Shown here: positions 57,432 through 64,000 of the stretch, one piece after another | Layout: each line of letters begins with the position of its first letter | Position numbering within the stretch: position 1 is the first letter of the stretch | Source: a bacterium | GTDB taxonomy: Bacteria; SAR324; NAC60-12 | Reading direction: 5' to 3' | Assembly: GCA_965209155.1 (NCBI GenBank) | Contig: OZ242383.1 | Span: forward strand, 4,032,001-4,096,000 | Length of the DNA stretch: 64,000 bases | The notes under the pieces: generated by a model | Database searches by the model: none | The model's input: the letters and a program-made list of their open reading frames with translations, nothing else | What the model was told of the DNA's origin: nothing | Made by a program: the position numbers and the translations under genes

Positions 57432-58754
57432 ATGACCACTGCTGATTACACAAACCACGCATCCGGGATCCAACCTCCCACCGCCACCCGCGTGATGATT
57501 TTTGGCGTGGGGGCGTTTGCTCATGCCATGATGGCCATTTTAAAAGATAAGGGAGCGGAGACCGCTTGCTACCTGACCCGGGACTACGGACACTACGGTC
57601 CTTCTTCGGTGGGAAAAACCTGGTTATTCTCCAAACATCCTTCACCTTTGCCTTTGATCAGGGAATTTTGCCCGGATTATATCATTCCGATGGACATCGA
57701 TTGGCACAACCAGCCTTGGGCGCAAGCGCTTTTGGAAAAACAAGTGCCCATTTTATGTCCTGCAGGTGAAGCGCTTCAGATCGAAGCCACCCGACAATAC
57801 GCGATGCGACTCTGCCGTCGGTTTGACATTCCTTTTCCTGAAGCATACACGGTCAATAATCGCTTGGAAGCCTTGCAATTGATGAAAAAACATCCGCATC
57901 CCTATGTCCTGAAAAACCCGCTTTGTTCCCCTCATAGTCCGATTCATACGATTGTTTGCGAATCGATGGACGATACCCTGGGTTGGTTGGATCATATCGA
58001 CTATGCCGAAGGAGTCTTCATGCAGCAATATATGGGAGCGGCGGAAATCGGTCATTTCGTATTCGTGAGCAATGGCGAGATCACCAGTCTGGTCACGAAC
58101 CAGGAATATAAACGCGCGTTTACGGGCAACATGGGACCGATTGCCGGAGCTCCCCTGGGCGGCATTATAGAACAAGATCCGGCAGACCGCTATGGTCTGG
58201 CAAAATCCCTCATACACCCGTTACTACCATGGCTGAAAGAAAGTCGTTTTCATGGTCCATTGCAGGTAACGGCGATTCAAAAAGACGGACGATGGCACGT
58301 GATCGAATACAACGCTCGCTTGGGAGTCACTTCCGGAGCCATCATCCTGAGGATGCTTGAAAATCCGGCGCAGGTCTTGATTGATGTCGCCCGCAACCGT
58401 CCGCTTCAACTGGAATGGAATACGGAACGACGGTTTGGGGTCAGTCTGACCCTGGCGGGTCATGGTTACCCTTATATCATTCCGACCGCGCCACGATTGC
58501 CAATCACTCAAATTCGGCCAACGACCTGCGATCTCTGGTGGAACGAAGTGGAACAATGGGGCAGTCGACTCTATACGGCTCACCACGAACTTCCCGTCAT
58601 GGGGCATCGTATTGCCGAGTGCAATGCATATTCCAAAAACCTGGATCAAGCGCTTGCTCAAGCTTATGAAAACATCAATTTTCTCCATTGCCTTGGCAGC
58701 TACTACCGTCTGGACGTCGGGAAATCGCTTTGGCCTCCGGGTCAGGGATATTGA
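57432..58754 (+). CDS. PurD-like ATP-grasp ligase (divergent phosphoribosylamine-glycine ligase homologue)
   Basis: QEYKRAFTGNMG, VIEYNARLG, GHGYP, A..QAYENI...YYRLDVG resemble GARS; the N-terminal GGREH motif is replaced. Confidence 0.7.
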   Translation: MTTADYTNHASGIQPPTATRVMIFGVGAFAHAMMAILKDKGAETACYLTRDYGHYGPSSVGKTWLFSKHPSPLPLIREFCPDYIIPMDIDWHNQPWAQALLEKQVPILCPAGEALQIEATRQYAMRLCRRFDIPFPEAYTVNNRLEALQLMKKHPHPYVLKNPLCSPHSPIHTIVCESMDDTLGWLDHIDYAEGVFMQQYMGAAEIGHFVFVSNGEITSLVTNQEYKRAFTGNMGPIAGAPLGGIIEQDPADRYGLAKSLIHPLLPWLKESRFHGPLQVTAIQKDGRWHVIEYNARLGVTSGAIILRMLENPAQVLIDVARNRPLQLEWNTERRFGVSLTLAGHGYPYIIPTAPRLPITQIRPTTCDLWWNEVEQWGSRLYTAHHELPVMGHRIAECNAYSKNLDQALAQAYENINFLHCLGSYYRLDVGKSLWPPGQGY

Positions 58755-58930
58755 AGCAGCAATCAGCCAATCCGGAAATTTCTTATTCCACCCTTCCGGG
58801 GCTGATTGCTCAGAATCTTCCATTCTTTATTTGACGAATGGTCCGATTTTCGCTACATATAGTTTAAGAGAGACTCTTCACGAGTGTTGAAGGTTTCTTC
58901 GTCCTCATCTCTTTAAACCAACGAGGTCCT

Positions 58931-59821
58931 ATGCAATCACGTAATATTATTATCGGGGTTTTGGGTGTGTTGTTGGTAGCCGTCGCCATTGGCAGCTTTC
59001 TCTGGAATCGCAACATCACTGAAGAGAACACGCAGAATCAAGAATTACTTGCGGAACAAAACGAGGAAATTCAACAGTTAAATCAGTTGGTCTCCCAGTT
59101 TGAACAAGAAGAGAACACGCAGAATCAAGAATTACTTGCGGAACAAAACGAGGAAATTCAACAGTTAAATCAGTTGGTCTCCCAGTTTGAACAAGTGGAA
59201 GCGGCCATGCAGGAATTGAAAAACTCCGTCAACCTCAAAGACGACACGATTGCTGCCCTGAATGATCAATTGGCGCAACAAACAGGCGTTTCTAATTCCA
59301 ACACGACCTTGCAGGCTCAAATCAAAACCCTGCAAGAGGAATTGGAACGCAGAAAGCAAATCCAGCAAGCCTTGACCCAACAAGCTCAGGAGGAAATCGA
59401 TAAAGGAGAAATACAAGTCAGCCAACGACTCGACAACACGGTGATTCGTTTGGAAGAACAAATCTTATTCGATACGGGAAAAGCGGACTTGAAACCATCC
59501 GGAATCGAAATCCTGAAAATGATTGCGGAAATGATGCAGAGTATCGAATATCACGAATTGCAAGTGGAAGGACATGCCGACAGTCGCCCGATTCGAGGAA
59601 TGCTGAAAAGAAGATTTGCCACCAACTGGGAGCTTTCAGCCGCGCGATCGATCCAAGTGGTTCGCTACCTGGTGGAAAAGCTGGGGGTCGATGCCACCCG
59701 CATTTCGGTAGCGGGATTCGGCCAATTTCGCCCCGTCGCGGAAAACGACACGGTGCAGAATCTTCAACTCAACCGGCGCGTTGAATTTGTTTTCCGTCCC
59801 ATCATAGAAGAATCAAATTGA
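58931..59821 (+). CDS. OmpA/MotB-family peptidoglycan-binding protein with N-terminal TM and coiled coil
   Basis: ILFDTGKADL, VEGHAD, NWELSAARS..V, NRRVE. Confidence 0.9.
   Translation: MQSRNIIIGVLGVLLVAVAIGSFLWNRNITEENTQNQELLAEQNEEIQQLNQLVSQFEQEENTQNQELLAEQNEEIQQLNQLVSQFEQVEAAMQELKNSVNLKDDTIAALNDQLAQQTGVSNSNTTLQAQIKTLQEELERRKQIQQALTQQAQEEIDKGEIQVSQRLDNTVIRLEEQILFDTGKADLKPSGIEILKMIAEMMQSIEYHELQVEGHADSRPIRGMLKRRFATNWELSAARSIQVVRYLVEKLGVDATRISVAGFGQFRPVAENDTVQNLQLNRRVEFVFRPIIEESN
59021..59194 (+). repeat. Exact in-frame 87-bp tandem duplication
   Basis: 59021-59107 equals 59108-59194 (EENTQNQELLAEQNEEIQQLNQLVSQFEQ twice). Confidence 0.95.
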
Positions 59822-59837
59822 AAGGATCCTCCTGTTG

Positions 59838-60860
59838 TTATGCAGAATGATCGAGTGACTTCGTAAATTGAATCAAGGCTTTCAATTTCTCGTGAGCCTT
59901 GCCGTGATCAACAGCATCAGCAGCCTTTTCCAACCCGGAGTGGAGGTCTTCCGCCAGACCTCCGACGACAAGTGCGGCAGCACCATTCAACAGGGCGACG
60001 TCCCTGGCAGTTCCCCCATGTTCACCCGCCAGGATCCCTTCAATGATGCGAGCGCTCTCTTCAGGAGAGTCGATATGAATTTCGTCCAGGTTTCCCCGTT
60101 TCAACCCCAGTTCTTCCGGAGTGACGGTATAGTTACGAATTTCGCCATCCCGAAGTTCGGCGATATGGGTATCGGCGGTGGTGGTCAGTTCACAAAGCCC
60201 ATCGGCACCGGAAACAACCATAACGCGCTCGCTACCAAGCCTTTTGAACACCCGAGCCAATTGCCCGGTCAGTTCCAATCGAGGAACCCCGACCACTTGA
60301 TTCCTGGAACCGGCAGGACTGGTGAGGGGACCGAGCAAATTAAAAATGGTGGGGATGCCCAATTCCAGACGAATGGGAATGGCGAATTTCATGGCAGGAT
60401 GGTGGTTGACGGCATAACAAAAACAAATTCCGATTTCCCGCAAGCATGCTTCCACTCGCTGCACCTGCAGTCCGATATCAACCCCCAACGCCTGTAACGC
60501 TTCCGCGCTTCCACTCTTACGCGTATTGCTGCGATTGCCGTGCTTGGCCACAACCGCTCCTGCCGATGCGGCGATTATTGCGGCACAAGTCGAAATGTTG
60601 AACGTACTGATGCCATTCCCTCCCGTACTGGCCGTATCAACGACCCCTTCAGGCGCTTGAATGCTGAGGGATTTGGCACGCATCGCGGAGGCTGCTCCGG
60701 CAATTTCTTCCGTGGTGGCCCCTTTGGATTGCAGCAACACCAGTAGCGCGCCGGCCTTGACCGCCGTACTCTGGTCACTCATGATCCAATCGATGATGGA
60801 GCGGGCGCCATCAAAACCGATATCGCCACGATTCAATAATTTATTCAGTAAAGATTCCAT
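59838..60860 (-). CDS. trpD: Anthranilate phosphoribosyltransferase
   Basis: DTASTGG...TFNIST, AKHGNRS...SGSA, HPAMK, TIFNLLGPL. Confidence 0.93.
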   Translation of the reverse strand: MESLLNKLLNRGDIGFDGARSIIDWIMSDQSTAVKAGALLVLLQSKGATTEEIAGAASAMRAKSLSIQAPEGVVDTASTGGNGISTFNISTCAAIIAASAGAVVAKHGNRSNTRKSGSAEALQALGVDIGLQVQRVEACLREIGICFCYAVNHHPAMKFAIPIRLELGIPTIFNLLGPLTSPAGSRNQVVGVPRLELTGQLARVFKRLGSERVMVVSGADGLCELTTTADTHIAELRDGEIRNYTVTPEELGLKRGNLDEIHIDSPEESARIIEGILAGEHGGTARDVALLNGAAALVVGGLAEDLHSGLEKAADAVDHGKAHEKLKALIQFTKSLDHSA

Positions 60861-60886
60861 AGATTCCCCATTTTAAATGGTTTCCC

Positions 60887-61804
60887 CTATCGTCGTTTTC
60901 CCCGTTTTTGAAACAAACGGATGAGGGGGATAAGGTAGGATTGATCCGTTTGCACCCAGAGTTCATCCACTCTTGCTTTGCGGAATACGTTGCGCAAATG
61001 ACTCTCGTGGGCCTCCTTTTTTTCCTGAAAATTGCTGCGAACGGTGGAACTGAAGGTATCGACAGTCAGAACTTGTCCACTTTCCGGATCAATCATTTCC
61101 ATCACTCCCACTGCCGGTAATTCCCGTTCACGTGGGTCAACGACGGGAACCACGATCAAGTCATGACGCTGATTACACAAACGCAAACTTTCTTCAAATT
61201 CCTCAGCTAAAAAATCGGAGATTAAGAAAGTGATTGCTTTGCGTTTTACCATTTTGTTCAAATAATTCAACCCTGCCTTAATATCAGTGCCGCGATGCCC
61301 TGGTTGGAACGTCAGAATTTCGCGGATTACTTTCCATACGTGCACCCGCCCTTTGCGAGGCGGAATGTACAGTTCCACTTGATCGGAAAACATAATCAGG
61401 CCGATTTTATCTTTGTTTTTGATTGCCGAATAGGCAATCACTGCAGCAAATTCAGCTGCTATTTCCTTTTTCAATCGCTGCACTGAGCCAAATCCGCCAC
61501 TGGCGCTGATATCGACAACGAGGATGACTGTGATTTCCCGCTCTTCCACATATTCTTTGATATAAGGCGCATCCATGCGTGCAGTCACGTTCCAGTCGAT
61601 CAGGCGGATGTCATCTCCTGCTTCGTATTCGCGGACCTGGTCGAATTCCATCCCATGTCCTTTGAACGCGCTGTGATAACTCCCCTGCAACAGGTCGTCG
61701 GCCATGCGGTTGGTGCGCAAGTGAATATGACGAATTTGCTTGATGATTTCGGCTGAGAAAATCGATGACTCCATCATTGTTTCTCTATCGAATGCGCCAA
61801 TCAA
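60887..61804 (-). CDS. DUF58 domain protein (MoxR-associated); start may be 61777
   Basis: GMEFDQVREY..GDDIR.IDWNVTAR, VDISAS, FLISDF. Confidence 0.92.
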   Translation of the reverse strand: MIGAFDRETMMESSIFSAEIIKQIRHIHLRTNRMADDLLQGSYHSAFKGHGMEFDQVREYEAGDDIRLIDWNVTARMDAPYIKEYVEEREITVILVVDISASGGFGSVQRLKKEIAAEFAAVIAYSAIKNKDKIGLIMFSDQVELYIPPRKGRVHVWKVIREILTFQPGHRGTDIKAGLNYLNKMVKRKAITFLISDFLAEEFEESLRLCNQRHDLIVVPVVDPRERELPAVGVMEMIDPESGQVLTVDTFSSTVRSNFQEKKEAHESHLRNVFRKARVDELWVQTDQSYLIPLIRLFQKRGKRR

Positions 61805-62799
61805 GGAGTGGGGATATTGTCCAGTATCATACGAATGACATTTTCCGTCGTGATGTCTTCCGCTTCCGCCTCATAGCTGAGGATGATCCGGTGTCTGAGC
61901 ACGTTGAAGCTGACGTCCTTGATATCCTGGGGGATAACAAATCCACGTTGGTTCAAAAAAGCATTGGCCTTGGCGCAGTGGAGCAAGGCAATGGAGGCTC
62001 GAGGAGAAGCGCCATAGGCAATCATCCCGTTCAACTCATCCAGGTGAAAGGTCGTTGGATTCCGAGTGGCATTGACTATGTTGACAATGTATTGCATGAG
62101 GGATACTTCAATATGAATACCTGCCGCCGCTTCCCGTGCAGAAAGAATGTCTTGGGACGCGACAACCGGTTGCACCGTTTCCGGGAAGGTCTCCATCCCC
62201 TTCAACCTTTTGATAATTTCCAATTCGTTTGCAGGACTGGGGTAATCCACTTTGACTTTCAACATAAACCGGTCCACCTGGGCTTCAGGCAGGGGATACG
62301 TACCTTCCTGTTCGATAGGATTCTGGGTAGCCAACACCATAAATGGCTTATCCAGGGCAAAGGTTTCCCCTCCAATGGTCACTTGCTGCTCTTGCATGGT
62401 TTCCAGCATGGCGGATTGTACTTTCGCAGGTGCCCGGTTGATTTCATCGGCCAACACGAAATTGGCAAAAACAGGTCCTTGTTTGATACGAAAGTCTTTT
62501 TTCCTCGGTTCATAAATTTGAGTACCGATGACATCGGCCGGCAAAAGATCGGGGGTGAACTGAATCCGGCTGAAGCTCACGTCAATGGCATCGGCCAGGG
62601 CTTTGATGGCGGTGGTTTTTGCCAGTCCGGGTAATCCTTCCATGAGCACGTGCCCATTGGCAATGAGCGCAATCAACAAACTGTCGAGCATCTCTTTTTG
62701 CCCTACAATCACTTTAGCCATTTCCTCGTAGAGAATTTCTAAAAAGGCACTGTTCGCTTTAACTTGTTCGCTGATTTTATCTATATTCTCGAAACTCAT
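61801..62799 (-). CDS. moxR: MoxR-family AAA+ ATPase
   Basis: EGLPGLAKT, RIQFTPDLLP, DEINRAPAKVQ, ATQNPIEQEGTYPLPEAQ.DRF. Confidence 0.95.
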   Translation of the reverse strand: MSFENIDKISEQVKANSAFLEILYEEMAKVIVGQKEMLDSLLIALIANGHVLMEGLPGLAKTTAIKALADAIDVSFSRIQFTPDLLPADVIGTQIYEPRKKDFRIKQGPVFANFVLADEINRAPAKVQSAMLETMQEQQVTIGGETFALDKPFMVLATQNPIEQEGTYPLPEAQVDRFMLKVKVDYPSPANELEIIKRLKGMETFPETVQPVVASQDILSAREAAAGIHIEVSLMQYIVNIVNATRNPTTFHLDELNGMIAYGASPRASIALLHCAKANAFLNQRGFVIPQDIKDVSFNVLRHRIILSYEAEAEDITTENVIRMILDNIPTP

Positions 62800-62817
62800 A
62801 GTTGTTGTTTTTCCCTG

Positions 62818-63774
62818 TCAAGAAGGATTCGCGAGCAAAATTTCAAGATGAGATTGAATACATTCGGCAAGCGCCTGGTAATGGTAACCGCCTTCCAGGA
62901 CGCTTACCATCCTCCCTCCCGCAAAATGATGGGCCAGTTCCTTGATTCCATTCAGCATCCCGTTGAATCCCTCGACTGTGAGCATTTCCTGGGCCAGGGG
63001 GTCATCGCGATGGGCATCGAATCCCGCGGAAAGGATGATGAAATCCGGACGATATTCTCGAAAAGCCGGCAAAATCTTATGGACGAAAACCTGGTGGTAG
63101 GCCTCATTGTCGGAATAAGGAGGCATCGGGCAATTGAGCGTATAACCTTTTCCTTCACTGCGTCCTCTCTCGTTTGCAAAACCGGTTCCCGGATAGCAAG
63201 TCCGCGGGTCTTGATGAATGCTGCAAAAAAACACATCGCTTCGCTCCTCAAAAGTATGCTGGGTGCCATTGCCATGATGAACGTCGAAGTCAAAAATGAG
63301 CACCCGTCGATATCCTCGTTCCCGGATTAAGAATTCAGCGGCAATGGCCACATTGTTGAAATAGCAAAAACCCAAGGCCTGGTCGTATTCCGCATGGTGT
63401 CCGGGAGGACGGACTGCGCAGAAGGCATTGTCCAGCTTTTCATCGGCCACTTGATCGACTGCTTCCAGCACCGTACCCGTAGCGCAGCGGGCCGCTTCGA
63501 AGGTTTGCCTGGAGAGCAGGCAATCTTTGGTTCCCAAATACCTGACGCCCTCCGCGCATGCTGCTTCGACGGACCGTATGTAATCCAATTCGTGAATCCT
63601 CTCTATTTCTTTGAAATCCGCTTTCCGGGATGGCATTTCCCGCAATGCCTTCAGGGTGCCATTGTTTCGCAAAGCATCCATTAAAAATTGCAATCGTCCC
63701 GCATTTTCCGGATGATGTCCGGTGTCGTGCTGTAGTGAAATCGGGTCAAAATAAAATCCGGTACGCAGTGTCAT
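62818..63774 (-). CDS. Histone deacetylase family (acetoin utilisation/acetylpolyamine amidohydrolase-like) protein
   Basis: HPEN..RL, RPPGHHA, GFCYFNN, DFDVHHGNGT, SAGFDAH, LEGGY. Confidence 0.95.
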   Translation of the reverse strand: MTLRTGFYFDPISLQHDTGHHPENAGRLQFLMDALRNNGTLKALREMPSRKADFKEIERIHELDYIRSVEAACAEGVRYLGTKDCLLSRQTFEAARCATGTVLEAVDQVADEKLDNAFCAVRPPGHHAEYDQALGFCYFNNVAIAAEFLIRERGYRRVLIFDFDVHHGNGTQHTFEERSDVFFCSIHQDPRTCYPGTGFANERGRSEGKGYTLNCPMPPYSDNEAYHQVFVHKILPAFREYRPDFIILSAGFDAHRDDPLAQEMLTVEGFNGMLNGIKELAHHFAGGRMVSVLEGGYHYQALAECIQSHLEILLANPS

Positions 63775-64000
63775 CAAACCTCCTGAGATTTTGGTAGAGA
63801 TTGGTATTTATTGACAATCCAGATCGAGGATTTTTTCTGTTGGGAATCAATCGTTTTGACTGCGAGGGAAATTCGATTTTCCGGATTGAGGGCTTGCCAG
63901 AAGTTATCGCCAACCTGTTCCGCGCTTCCCTTCAGTGTGACCAGGAACGGACTCCCTTCGAAGGAGGGAAGTGGATCGCCATCCTGCTGGTAGGTGGTAA
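63774..64000 (-). CDS. IMP cyclohydrolase-like protein, C-terminal part; gene starts beyond the window
   Basis: Manual translation TTYQQDGDPLPSFEGSP...FWQALNPENRISLAV...IVNKY; stop overlaps the next ATG (TGATG). Confidence 0.6.
   Translation of the reverse strand, partial: TTYQQDGDPLPSFEGSPFLVTLKGSAEQVGDNFWQALNPENRISLAVKTIDSQQKKSSIWIVNKYQSLPKSQEV

Overview
Bacterial genomic window with a moderate-GC backbone and visibly GC-richer inserts. A Deltaproteobacteria/SAR324-like origin is my impression only. (1) 0.2-14.8 kb is a rearranged accessory locus. It has three paralogues of a membrane-anchored coiled-coil protein that differ only in repeat number, each followed on the opposite strand by a family-5 (Dpp/Opp-type) solute-binding protein (SBP) module. 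The locus ends in a BlaI repressor gene and a 946-aa BlaR1/MecR1-type M56 protease whose sensor domain is a complete family-5 SBP rather than a penicillin-binding domain. This is the best candidate for an undescribed system. The stand-alone SBP of the intact dppBC operon carries the same M56-terminal leader. The locus also holds a VapBC pair, a VapC remnant and a group II intron 3' remnant. (2) 14.9-26.8 kb: Liv-type ABC transporter, murJ, tricorn protease, Mrp/ApbC. (3) 27-42.7 kb: catabolic genes (CoA-transferase III, amidase, dimethylformamidase-like subunit, SDR, MDR, YbdK, aldo-keto reductase), several gene fragments, a four-helix-bundle gene inside perfect 20-bp inverted repeats and IS200/IS605-like hairpin ends, and a complete IS256 with a 9-bp target duplication. 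(4) 42.8-49.6 kb: a defence island built on remnants of a type III R-M locus (AAA ATPases, DUF262 + HEPN-like pair). (5) 49.6-64 kb: pstSCAB-phoU, phoB, a PurD-like ligase, an OmpA/MotB protein, trpD, DUF58, moxR, a deacetylase and a partial IMP-cyclohydrolase-like gene. No rRNA, tRNA or CRISPR array was seen. All family calls are by-eye motif recognition; no database search was run.
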